Shown here: in pieces, positions 35,834-44,817 of the stretch | How positions within the stretch are numbered: the stretch's first letter is position 1 | Layout of the letters: each line of letters opens with the position of its first letter | Origin: a virus | Taxonomy: Duplodnaviria; Caudoviricetes | DNA length: 63,153 bases | IMG/VR virus record: IMGVR_UViG_3300032132_000007 | Location: 1 to 63,153 of that record | Reading direction: 5' to 3' (one strand) | Program-made: the position numbers and the translations under genes | The notes under the pieces: model-generated | The model's input: only the letters and a program-made list of their open reading frames with translations | Databases searched by the model: none | What the model was told of the DNA's origin: nothing

Positions 35834-36234
35834 ACGATACAGAGAGGGCTGTCCTTCTTCGCCTGAGCTACGGGCTGGCTCCAGTCCGGGATTCCAGGGA
35901 GTTCCAGCCCGTAGCGAATGGCGTGATCTCGTTCCGGCAGCTGAGGGAAGAGGTGTATCAACACCTGAACTACAAGGATCTGCGGCGGCTGATTTCTGCT
36001 GGTCTGATCCGGGACGTGCGTCTGCTGCCTATCGAGACGGACGCTGGTGTTGCCCCGAGCCGGGTGATCCTCGGGTCCGGGCGCGCGTTCTACGAGGTTC
36101 GGGAAAGCCCGTGGTACTTTGGGTTGACTTTGGCCGGTAAGAGGGAACTCTCGGTTGATCCGCCTGTCGTCGAAGAGAAGCCTCCGAACGCCGCTCCCTG
36201 GAACCCGCTGGACGCCCAGGAACTCTACGGATGA
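35824..36234 (+). CDS. Hypothetical protein
   Basis: GGAGG RBS before GTG 35824. Confidence 0.6.
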   Translation: MQLNDTERAVLLRLSYGLAPVRDSREFQPVANGVISFRQLREEVYQHLNYKDLRRLISAGLIRDVRLLPIETDAGVAPSRVILGSGRAFYEVRESPWYFGLTLAGKRELSVDPPVVEEKPPNAAPWNPLDAQELYG

Positions 36235-36629
36235 CGTGGTCGATGCCGACCCGACCACTGCGGTTTTTATCGTTCTTGGAAGATCTTATTTTTTTTCGCT
36301 TTACAAACTGAAAATCCGTGCTCTCATAAGTGCTCTCCCAGTGAGCCTGGGAGATAAGCCGGAACGCCGTTCCTCACAGCGGTGTTCAGAGTGCGGTGAG
36401 GCGAGTGAGGTGAGTTTCACGCCTGCGAGCGGGGCAGTTCCGAGGCAGGTCTGGGTGTGATTCCTACGGGATCCGTGTGGAAAGTGGAGACGATAATCGC
36501 CGTGGCAGCGTTTTTGATAACGCTAATCGACCATACTGTTCGGCTCCGTCACTGGATATCCAGGGTGGTGAGGCAGCAGGAGGGAGAGGCCCGAGGGAAG
36601 GTTGCGCATCCATCACTCAAGGAGGGGGT

Positions 36630-37097
36630 ATGAGAATAATCGCGATCGACACAGCGACGAAGACGGGGTGGGCGACGATCGACGGGGGTCGAGTCGTGGA
36701 AAGCGGTGTGCAGGATTTCACACGCCGACGAGGTGAGTCGACGGGGATGCTCTTTCTGAAATTCCGAAAGTGGCTTACTGAACTGGTCGAAGCGTTTCCG
36801 CCAGACGTTGTTGTCTACGAACAATCTCACCACAGGGGTGGTGCCGCGACTGAAATCGGTGTGAACCTCACTGGTCGAGTCCAAGAGATTGCCACCGAAA
36901 ACGGCCTGGAGTACGCATCCGTGCATACGTCAAGCCTCAAGAAGTGGGTCACAGGGTCCGGCACAGCGAGTAAAGCGGACATGATTGAGGCAGCGAAGGA
37001 AGTGCTTGGTCGTGACCCGATCGACGACAATGAAGCAGATGCCGTTCATATTGGCATGTGGGCGACTTCAAACTACGACGCCAAATCCACTTGGTAA
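36630..37097 (+). CDS. RuvC-like Holliday junction resolvase
   Basis: MRIIAIDTATKTGWA, VVVYEQ, LKKWVTGSGTASKADM and DDNEADA. Confidence 0.9.
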   Translation: MRIIAIDTATKTGWATIDGGRVVESGVQDFTRRRGESTGMLFLKFRKWLTELVEAFPPDVVVYEQSHHRGGAATEIGVNLTGRVQEIATENGLEYASVHTSSLKKWVTGSGTASKADMIEAAKEVLGRDPIDDNEADAVHIGMWATSNYDAKSTW

Positions 37098-37251
37098 GCA
37101 AAAGAAAACCCACCCGGATGTATGGAAATCCGAGTGGGCGAAACCGAAACCACGAGGCGAGATTACTCGACAAAATCTTCCCCGTACTCACAGGCTATGC
37201 CGAATCGCGAATTGTGGCAAGCCCAAGGGTATGGTACAGGGGTACCGAAGA

Positions 37252-37566
37252 ATGACGCACCCGCGTGAATCGTTCTGTGACCAAAGTGCATACGAGATGC
37301 TCCGCAGAAATGCTGCCAGTATGCAGGATGTCTACAACCAGCTCTGCGACGAGCTGAAGACTCGTGACGCGTGCCCAGGCGAGGTGAGCCTGCTCGCCGA
37401 TCTCGACAGCGCTGTATGGTCGACCACGCGCTGCTGCCGCCGAATAGAGACTCACGCGAGCGAGCAACTGCAATACGGAAAAGACAAACACCCACAGCGG
37501 TATTCCAGCGAAGAGGACTACCCGGAACACACCGCCGAGTCACGGATTGACTCCACGCAGGCATGA
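37252..37566 (+). CDS. Hypothetical protein (start uncertain; frame open from 36985)
   Basis: Co-oriented ORF filling the operon. Confidence 0.5.
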   Translation: MTHPRESFCDQSAYEMLRRNAASMQDVYNQLCDELKTRDACPGEVSLLADLDSAVWSTTRCCRRIETHASEQLQYGKDKHPQRYSSEEDYPEHTAESRIDSTQA

Positions 37567-37603
37567 TGCCTGGGCGGTCATCTTTTTCAGGGAGGGGTTT
37601 AGT

Positions 37604-37867
37604 ATGAGTGTGCCAGTTTGTTGTAGTTGCAAAAACGCTATGCGGTGCGAGCGCAACGGAGTTTATATCCACGACGAGGAGCACAACGGAGTGCCGGTCA
37701 GGTATTACTGCGGAGACCGTTACGAATGCCCGTGGTGTGGTGTACAGGTGATTACTGGATACAGAGGTTCGTTTGAGTCACGCGAGGTGCTTCCCTCGAT
37801 GGGTTTTGGGCACGGGAGTCCACAGCCGGAATTCAAGAGTCACGACAATCTAACACAGGATGGATAG
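37604..37867 (+). CDS. Zinc-ribbon protein
   Basis: CCSCK...CPWCG; GGAGG RBS. Confidence 0.7.
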   Translation: MSVPVCCSCKNAMRCERNGVYIHDEEHNGVPVRYYCGDRYECPWCGVQVITGYRGSFESREVLPSMGFGHGSPQPEFKSHDNLTQDG

Positions 37868-37869
37868 AT

Positions 37870-38049
37870 ATGCTGGTACTCGGTCGTGAGGTTGGCGAGT
37901 CAATAATCCTGCACACACAGGACGGGGAAATAACAATTCTGGTTGTGCGTGTGAAAGATCAGGCGGTTCGCATAGGTGTTGACGCACCAAAGAATGTGAA
38001 CATTCGGCGAGGTGAAATTGAAATAGTGAAACGGGAGGCTGGTAAATGA
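37870..38049 (+). CDS. csrA: Carbon storage regulator CsrA-family RNA-binding protein (59 aa, not in the ORF track)
   Basis: MLVLGREVGESIILHTQDGEITILVVRVKDQAVRIGVDAPKNVNIRRGEI. Confidence 0.92.
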   Translation: MLVLGREVGESIILHTQDGEITILVVRVKDQAVRIGVDAPKNVNIRRGEIEIVKREAGK

Positions 38050-38435
38050 CTGTAGTTACAGCAGACTCGGCGGCGGAAGTGCTTCACGACTATGCCAATT
38101 TGCGGTGTCTCCAACGTCGAGTCGAGGATCGGATCGAAGATCTGTGCGAGCGTTTTGATGATGAGTATTATTATGGAGTGGTTCTTGTTCATGACTCGGA
38201 GGAGTGGGGCACACGTAATCTAAAAGTACGCGTTGCCGAACTGGAGCGCCAGACTCCGGTTGTGGTCTGCGACACAGTCGTAGAAGGCATCGAGTATGTT
38301 GTGTGGTACTGCCTGCGGAACAGTGCCTGGTACTCAGCGCCACTGGAGAGTGTCGAAGTGTACCCTTCACTGGGTGTGGTGCAGGTGGATCCGGAATGTT
38401 GTCCGTTGCGACTGACGGAAGTGGGAGAGGTTTAA
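38046..38435 (+). CDS. Hypothetical protein
   Basis: GGAGG RBS; ATGA overlap with csrA. Confidence 0.65.
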   Translation: MTVVTADSAAEVLHDYANLRCLQRRVEDRIEDLCERFDDEYYYGVVLVHDSEEWGTRNLKVRVAELERQTPVVVCDTVVEGIEYVVWYCLRNSAWYSAPLESVEVYPSLGVVQVDPECCPLRLTEVGEV

Positions 38436-39421
38436 TGTTGAATGAAATAACCGAGGGGATGCCGTGGCTGGAATACTGTGACTTGGGGTCGGACCTGTCG
38501 CCCGAGGCACGTCCGGTCAACCAGAGCGCTCTGAAAAAGATAGACGTGAACCCCAGAGCGATGTTGTCGTACCTGCAAGGATCGCTGCGGGTTGACAGTC
38601 CGGCCCTGCAGTTTGGTCGCGATTGCCACACAGCGCTGCTTGAACCGGACAAGTTTGACCGGCACTATCGTGTTGCTGGGCAATGTGAGGCGACAAAGAA
38701 GGACGGCGATCAGTGCTCGAAGACTGGTCGCTTTCATGACGGTTCGCGGTGGCTGTGTGGCACGCACGGTGACGGGTATCCCGAGCCGGAAAATGTGATG
38801 AAGCACGAGACCTACCAGCAGATTCAAATGATTCGGGAGAAGTTCGAAATACACCCGGCAGCGCACCATTTGGTTGGCGGTAAAAAAGAGGTCGTGATCC
38901 AGGCAGAGATTCGGGGAGTCAGTTGCAAGGGTCGGATCGACATGCTGTCAGAAGACCTGACAGTGATTACCGATTTGAAAACGTGCGGTCCTCTGACCAC
39001 CACTGCCGACGAGATGGAGAAGGCTGTCGAGCGGTATGGGTATCACCAGCAGCTTGGGTTCTACCAGCTGTTGGTTGAGGCAGTCACGGGCGAACTCCCG
39101 GAGTGCCGGATCGTGTTCGTTGAGAAAAAAACTCCGTACGGGATCAATGCTCGCAGAATCAACAGTCGTCTACTCGCAATCGGTCGCGCGGACTGTGTGC
39201 GGTGGCTGCAGCGATTCAGGAAATGTCGAGAGTCGGGACAGTGGCCTGACTGTTACCCGGAGAGTGTGGACTTTGATGGTGGTGGGCTGAAATCAATAAC
39301 TGGTCGCGAGTGGCTCCATGAGGCTTACAGCGACAGCGAGCTGGAGCAGGTTGGTTGGGACGGGGAAGACCGCCCGGACATGGTGGTCTGGAATGACATG
39401 GAGGAAAACAATGAGCAGTAA
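38435..39421 (+). CDS. PD-(D/E)XK exonuclease, RecE/ExoVIII-like
   Basis: FGRDCHTALLEP, CKGRIDML, ITDLKT, YGYHQQLGFY and FVEK. Confidence 0.88.
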   Translation: MLNEITEGMPWLEYCDLGSDLSPEARPVNQSALKKIDVNPRAMLSYLQGSLRVDSPALQFGRDCHTALLEPDKFDRHYRVAGQCEATKKDGDQCSKTGRFHDGSRWLCGTHGDGYPEPENVMKHETYQQIQMIREKFEIHPAAHHLVGGKKEVVIQAEIRGVSCKGRIDMLSEDLTVITDLKTCGPLTTTADEMEKAVERYGYHQQLGFYQLLVEAVTGELPECRIVFVEKKTPYGINARRINSRLLAIGRADCVRWLQRFRKCRESGQWPDCYPESVDFDGGGLKSITGREWLHEAYSDSELEQVGWDGEDRPDMVVWNDMEENNEQ

Positions 39422-40046
39422 AGCAATGCGGGACCGGTACGAAGGTCAGTTTCTGGAGGGCGCGGATCTGATGGCGAAGGACGCGTTTGCTCTGAAGATC
39501 GTGTCCGTGGCTGATCCGGGGACAATACGTGATTCAAGGAAAAAGGTAATCGAAGAGGCGGTCATTGAGTTCGCGAAGGCGAAAAAGAAGTTGGTGCTGG
39601 GAAAAACCAACTATCGGATCCTGGTGTCGCTATTCGGCACGGACGAAACGCTCTGGATCGGTAAGACGGTACAACTGCAGTGTCGATTCCTTGACTGTTT
39701 CGGCGAGCTGGATGTTCCATGTGTGCGGATCGTTCCCCCTCATGGAACGCCGATTCCAAAAGGCGCTCGTGATTACATGGGGACGTTCCAGCCGCAACAT
39801 GGCCCGAAGGTGACACGCGGTGCCGCATTGGAACCGGCGAAGAAACGCAGTCCAAAGAAAGAGAAACCGAAGGAAGATCCGCCTGAAGAACTCAGCGCGT
39901 ACGAGTTTGCGATGGGTCTGATTTCCGAAGCACCGGATCGTGATGCGCTGGATCAGATTATGAGTGAGCTGGAAGTCGAACCGTGGAGTGAGGACGAGCG
40001 GGTAGGCTTGCAGCGACAATTCACTGAACGGTGTGAACGCAAGTAG
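39411..40046 (+). CDS. Conserved phage protein next to the RecE-like gene (possible ssDNA-binding/annealing protein)
   Basis: FLEGADL..LVLGKTN..LFG..WIGK; position usually held by the annealing protein. Confidence 0.55.
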   Translation: MSSKAMRDRYEGQFLEGADLMAKDAFALKIVSVADPGTIRDSRKKVIEEAVIEFAKAKKKLVLGKTNYRILVSLFGTDETLWIGKTVQLQCRFLDCFGELDVPCVRIVPPHGTPIPKGARDYMGTFQPQHGPKVTRGAALEPAKKRSPKKEKPKEDPPEELSAYEFAMGLISEAPDRDALDQIMSELEVEPWSEDERVGLQRQFTERCERK

Positions 40047-40063
40047 TGTCAGGGGGATAGGTA

Positions 40064-40321
40064 ATGAAGGATGACTGTGGTTTCTGCCAGAAACGCACTC
40101 GATTCTGGAACGGTCTATGTTCTGGATGTGGAATGCCAGTAGAGGCTGCGAGGACACGAGCGAGCCACCGTGGTCGGTCAGTGGAGACGCTGCGATGTCC
40201 GTCGTGTGGATCACCGCGAGCGAACAAGTTCGACGCGCGCCGGTATCGATGCGCACAGTGTCTCGCTATGTTCGAAAGGGCGGATCCGTCGTGTTGGAGA
40301 CCGTGGGTGTTGAGTAGATGA
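40064..40321 (+). CDS. Multi-CxxC zinc-ribbon protein
   Basis: Four CxxC motifs. Confidence 0.65.
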   Translation: MKDDCGFCQKRTRFWNGLCSGCGMPVEAARTRASHRGRSVETLRCPSCGSPRANKFDARRYRCAQCLAMFERADPSCWRPWVLSR

Positions 40322-40542
40322 CACGGAGTGTTCGAAAAGTGCAGGTCGGCGATCAGTTTGGGTGTCGTGTTGTGATACAGGTAGGAAAATGGAAACCCAC
40401 CTGTAAACGCATTGCGCGTATGATGTGTCTGCACTGCGGGTTAAAGACGGTTTCACACGACCGTATACCACCACCTAACTGCCAGCTGTGTATGAGAAAT
40501 AGAAGACGTGAAGATCCGGAGAAACACCGTGCTCACCTCTAA
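40318..40542 (+). CDS. Small zinc-binding protein
   Basis: CLHCG..CQLC. Confidence 0.55.
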   Translation: MTRSVRKVQVGDQFGCRVVIQVGKWKPTCKRIARMMCLHCGLKTVSHDRIPPPNCQLCMRNRRREDPEKHRAHL

Positions 40543-40906
40543 GTTGTTTCTGGTTCTGCTGTGTCCGGGTTTCCCCTGGGCGCAGAATGATCCCTCGACG
40601 CTGGCTGCGTACGAGGCGGCGCAACAGTGGAGAGCACATTACGGACTGGCACGGCAGGTGCTGGATGAGCGGTCCTGTATTCTGGCGCAGAGACATGCGG
40701 AGCAGATGGCGCGGTTTGAATGGTACGAGCACGGCGCCCATGACCAGATAATAACACGCGGTTACCGCACCGCAGATGGGGCTGTACGCAGCTGGGTGTA
40801 CTCGCCTCCGCATCTGGCTTGGCTACTGACACGCAGAAAGCAGTGTGGATTCGGGCACGCAGTGTCGAGGTCAGGCACACATTACTGGGCAGGAGTTTAC
40901 AAATGA
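40508..40906 (+). CDS. Secreted CAP/SCP-domain protein
   Basis: Signal peptide; AQRHAEQMA..H..WVYSPPHLAWLL..GFG..G.HYW. Confidence 0.8.
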   Translation: MKIRRNTVLTSKLFLVLLCPGFPWAQNDPSTLAAYEAAQQWRAHYGLARQVLDERSCILAQRHAEQMARFEWYEHGAHDQIITRGYRTADGAVRSWVYSPPHLAWLLTRRKQCGFGHAVSRSGTHYWAGVYK

Positions 40907-41331
40907 ACAGTCTGCGAGACCACTATGCTGCGGCGGCGCTGGCGGGTTTGCTGGCGAGCGGTGAGCGTGATGGAGTTCACACGGCAGCGTTTCGACACGC
41001 CGATGCAATGGTCGCAGCGCGTGAGGAAGGGCGGGAGAAGAAGAGTACGGCGAAGAAGAAGTTCGTGCCGCCGACGATCGGTCAGGTCAAAGCGTACTGT
41101 GAAGAGAAGGGGCATAGAATTGACGCGCTGGCATTCGTGTCGCACTACACTGCGAATGGGTGGAGAGTCGGCGGGAGAAGCCAGATGCGGTGTTGGAAAT
41201 CGGCGATCGTTACCTGGGTGAAGAGGAATGAAAATGAATCCGGAAAAGGAACCGGACGATCTACAGACAGTCCTGCAAGGGTTAAGTCTCAAGGGGGGTT
41301 CGAGTTTACCGAATCCGTCGATTTCACCTGA
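40903..41331 (+). CDS. Phage protein with a replication-initiator-type C-terminal domain
   Basis: LRDHYAAAALAG..ADAM module fused to KFVPPT..VKAYC..FVSHY.ANGW..WKSAIVTW; lies upstream of the DnaC-like gene. Confidence 0.6.
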   Translation: MNSLRDHYAAAALAGLLASGERDGVHTAAFRHADAMVAAREEGREKKSTAKKKFVPPTIGQVKAYCEEKGHRIDALAFVSHYTANGWRVGGRSQMRCWKSAIVTWVKRNENESGKGTGRSTDSPARVKSQGGFEFTESVDFT

Positions 41332-41881
41332 GCGTGATGTGCCTGGTCACGTCAGCATGGCTGACTGGGGTGAGGTGCGTCCGGCACTGAAGAAGGTGTT
41401 GAAGCAGGCAATCTCCAATCAGGAGTGGCCGATTCTGTTGCATGGTCCTCCCGGTACTGGCAAAAGTTGCGCATCTGCGTGTGTCTATCGCGATTGGGAA
41501 TATCCGGTGGCTCGCTGGTACAGGCTGGAGCAGTTCGTACGCGACATCAACACCTGTCGGCGACATGGCAGCGTGGCGATGCTGGTGCAGGGGAAGTCGA
41601 TCGATCGCACAGAGCGTGCGTTGTGGACGTTTGCGGAGAGTGATCGCGAGCTGTGGTGTATCGATGATTTCGGGACTCGGCAGGTGACGGAGACGGCGTT
41701 CGACATTGTGTTCGAGCTGATAGATCGCCGTGCATCACGACCAACGATCGTGACGAGCAATCTGGGTCTGCAGGAGTTGTCGGACCTGTTTGATCGCAGG
41801 ATCGCCGACAGGCTGGCGAGTGGAACAGTGGTTGAGGTGACTGGTAAATCGCAGCGGAAGGGGAAACGGGTGAGAGTATGA
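41228..41881 (+). CDS. DnaC/IstB-like ATPase (helicase loader); true start may be 41339 or 41357
   Basis: HGPPGTGKS, WCIDDFG, PTIVTSN and RIADRL. Confidence 0.9.
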   Translation: MKMNPEKEPDDLQTVLQGLSLKGGSSLPNPSISPERDVPGHVSMADWGEVRPALKKVLKQAISNQEWPILLHGPPGTGKSCASACVYRDWEYPVARWYRLEQFVRDINTCRRHGSVAMLVQGKSIDRTERALWTFAESDRELWCIDDFGTRQVTETAFDIVFELIDRRASRPTIVTSNLGLQELSDLFDRRIADRLASGTVVEVTGKSQRKGKRVRV

Positions 41882-42324
41882 AGCGCCAATCAGCGGCAGC
41901 CCGGAAGCGCCGTGCGGCATACCTGGCCCAACACCCGGAGTGTGAGTACACGCTCGCAGCTGCGGGAGACATCGACTTCTTCGCGTACGCAGGTATGTCT
42001 GGAAGCTGGAGGTACCAGACGAGACCTCAGTCGACTGAGATCGACCACATTTTCGGGCGGCGCGGAACTGAGGAAGACGTTGAGCACCCGTCAAACTACA
42101 TTGCGTGCCACACGATCCCGCACAAGTGGAAAACTGACAACGACCGTGACGGTAGGATATTGGCTATCTGGTGGAAGCAGCAGACCGGCGAGTTCGATGA
42201 AGAGAGAGCATCGCGTGTGTTCGGTCAGCGGGTGCTGGGGTGGTTGGAGAACAAACTCAACTCCGGGGTATTGCCAGACTGGATTCAAGGGAGAGCCGAG
42301 GAGGTGGTGGGGGATGGCGTATAA
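41878..42324 (+). CDS. HNH-like nuclease
   Basis: HPECE..EIDHIFGR..HPSNYIACH..H. Confidence 0.6.
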   Translation: MKRQSAAARKRRAAYLAQHPECEYTLAAAGDIDFFAYAGMSGSWRYQTRPQSTEIDHIFGRRGTEEDVEHPSNYIACHTIPHKWKTDNDRDGRILAIWWKQQTGEFDEERASRVFGQRVLGWLENKLNSGVLPDWIQGRAEEVVGDGV

Positions 42325-42943
42325 GAAGACACGAACAGAGTGGATCACATGGCTGTGTGACTCTCCGGAAAAAGAGGCAGTGCTGGAGCGATATCTGTCA
42401 CTGATTACCACGCATGGTCTGGCGGAGGCGTACGGACAGATACAGGATGAGTTTCCGGTAGGCAGCGAAGACAATGTCGGCGGTTTGTCTGTGCTGGATG
42501 ACGACGATCCACAGCCTGTGGAAGTGGAGACCGTCACAGCTACGGAATATCGTAGCCCGGCAGAGCACCTCCGTCAGACACAGCTCGACATCCGCTGGGC
42601 GCTGGACAATCTCGGGAAATCGGAGGCAGTCAAGAAAGCCCCAAATGGTGCATCCCGTGCGTATCTCGAAATGGGGGAAACCGGAAAGGTTAAGGAGCTG
42701 ACTGATTTGCTGATGAAAGTGGGGGACAAGATCGTTGCTGCTGATGATCACGATGCCACTATTCTGGAAGACCAGCGCCGTGACATGGCGCTGGTGTCCA
42801 AACTACAGGCAGTAATGCGTCCAAAGGCAGAGCGGCAGATCGACGACCTTATCCGAACACACCCGAAGTTGATTCTGGCGCGGATGCAGCGAGCGGGATA
42901 TTCCGTGACAGACGCTATACTGCAGGAGGCGTCGAGTGATTAA
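42314..42943 (+). CDS. Hypothetical protein, candidate terminase small subunit
   Basis: Helical 209-aa ORF overlapping the start of terL; assigned by synteny only. Confidence 0.5.
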   Translation: MAYKKTRTEWITWLCDSPEKEAVLERYLSLITTHGLAEAYGQIQDEFPVGSEDNVGGLSVLDDDDPQPVEVETVTATEYRSPAEHLRQTQLDIRWALDNLGKSEAVKKAPNGASRAYLEMGETGKVKELTDLLMKVGDKIVAADDHDATILEDQRRDMALVSKLQAVMRPKAERQIDDLIRTHPKLILARMQRAGYSVTDAILQEASSD

Positions 42944-44792
42944 AAACGGGCATCTCCCACTGGGTCCGACCGACGAATACTACCGGTCACTCGTGCCGAA
43001 AGACCCGGTGTTGAATCTGGAATTTCGACGGACGGTGCTCGAACTGTGCTACAGCGACCGGCAGGCCCGGCAGGAATTCGCGCTGATCTGCAGTCGCGAC
43101 ATCCTCTTCTACATCAACGTCTGTGGATGGACTTTGAACCCTCGCCTGAAACCTCCACTGCGTCCGATGATCACCTATGGATATCAGGACAAAGCCATTC
43201 TGGAGATTCAGGAAAGCCTCGGTGTGTGTGACCTTGCGGTTCCAAAGTCGCGAGACATGGGTGCAAGTTGGTGCTGTCTGCTGGTGCTGGAGCACGCCTG
43301 GCACTTCGAGATCATGCAGCAGTTCCTGTTGACCTCTGAGAAAGAGGAGCTTGTTGATGGGAAAAGTGAGAAGGCTTTGTTCCGGAAGCTGGATTTCTGG
43401 TGGAGGCACCTGCCGGGGTTCCTGAAGCCTCAGAGCAACAGGGTAAAAAAGCACGCGAAGAACACGGTTACAGACAGCGCGTTCGACGGCGAGGCCACGG
43501 TGCAGCACATGGGTACGGGTGACAGGCGAACAGCAATTCTTCTGGACGAAGCGTCGAAGATGGAGAACGCGAGTGCGATCCGTACGGCGACCCGCGACGT
43601 GTCCGACTGCCGTATTTTCAACAGCACGCCGAACGGCAGGCAGGGAGCAGGCCAGGCATTTTATGAGCAGGTTCGTAATCCGCACTGCAAAAAGGTGTTC
43701 ATGCACTGGTCGGAGCACCCAGATAAGCAGATCGGATTGTACATGCTCTCGCCGAGCGGAGAGAAAATCCCGCTGGACCCGGAGACTTACAACTGGAGGG
43801 ATGACTATGATTTCGACACCCTCACTTTCCGAGCGAATCGGAGACCACAGTCTCCGTGGTATGACAAACAATGTGAGCGCGCGAACCACAATCCAATTGA
43901 GATTGCGCAGGAACTGGATATTGATTTTGTTGGCAGTACGCAGAGGCTGGTGTCGTCGGAGACAATAGCGTACGTGCGTGATAGCTTGGTGAAACGACCA
44001 CTGGAAGTGGGTGAGTTGCTTGTTGATCCCATCGATGTGACGGTGCAATTCACTGGTCAGAACCTCGGTCCTGCACTTCTCTGGTGCCCCCTGGACGTTC
44101 AAGGTCGACCACCGCACGGGCAGTATGCGATTGGGATCGACACTTCGATGGGTCGGGCGGGCCAATACAGCAGTGAGTCGGCGATCTCAGTCTGGAATCG
44201 GGCGACTCGTGAGCAGGTCCTGGAATACACGTCGCGCAGCACTCCACCTGCCGAATGGTGCCGTGTTGCTGTCGCGGTGGCGAAATGGTTTCACGATGCG
44301 TTTATGGTTCCGGAGAACAACGGCAGTATCAATCTGACGTTCATGGATGAGCTGGGCGAGGTTGGGTACTGGAACGTGTACCAGCAGACCTACCAGACTC
44401 TGGGATACAAAAAGCACAGGAAAACACGCGGTTACCACAACAACGATCGAGGTCAGCAGATCCTGGAGAAGTTGTGCGCGGACATGGTTCGTGGGCACTG
44501 CAAGTTGCGGTCTGAACGAACTCTGAAGCAGTTGCTGGAGTACGAGATACGTGCGGGCGGCAAGATGGTTCACGCGGGGTCTGCTGCTTCGAATGCGACC
44601 GCTGATCAGGGAAAATTGCACGGTGACGCAGCCATTGCAGCGGCACTGGGGTACCTCGGATGTATCGAACGACCAGCCTCCGAGAAGACCACCACGCTGT
44701 CTGAGCCAGACATTCAGCCGGGTAGCATGGCATGGCGCATGCAGCAGTTGGACCGCAGTTCGGCAGGTGGTGGTGGTGATTTTGTGTGGTGA
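42936..44792 (+). CDS. terL: Terminase large subunit
   Basis: YGYQ, PKSRDMGASW (Walker A-like), ILLDEA (Walker B), NSTPNG, QELDIDF, YAIGIDTSMG, PENN and HGDAAIA. Confidence 0.93.
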   Translation: MIKNGHLPLGPTDEYYRSLVPKDPVLNLEFRRTVLELCYSDRQARQEFALICSRDILFYINVCGWTLNPRLKPPLRPMITYGYQDKAILEIQESLGVCDLAVPKSRDMGASWCCLLVLEHAWHFEIMQQFLLTSEKEELVDGKSEKALFRKLDFWWRHLPGFLKPQSNRVKKHAKNTVTDSAFDGEATVQHMGTGDRRTAILLDEASKMENASAIRTATRDVSDCRIFNSTPNGRQGAGQAFYEQVRNPHCKKVFMHWSEHPDKQIGLYMLSPSGEKIPLDPETYNWRDDYDFDTLTFRANRRPQSPWYDKQCERANHNPIEIAQELDIDFVGSTQRLVSSETIAYVRDSLVKRPLEVGELLVDPIDVTVQFTGQNLGPALLWCPLDVQGRPPHGQYAIGIDTSMGRAGQYSSESAISVWNRATREQVLEYTSRSTPPAEWCRVAVAVAKWFHDAFMVPENNGSINLTFMDELGEVGYWNVYQQTYQTLGYKKHRKTRGYHNNDRGQQILEKLCADMVRGHCKLRSERTLKQLLEYEIRAGGKMVHAGSAASNATADQGKLHGDAAIAAALGYLGCIERPASEKTTTLSEPDIQPGSMAWRMQQLDRSSAGGGGDFVW

Positions 44793-44817
44793 GTAACCGT
44801 GTCCCGATACAGGGGAC

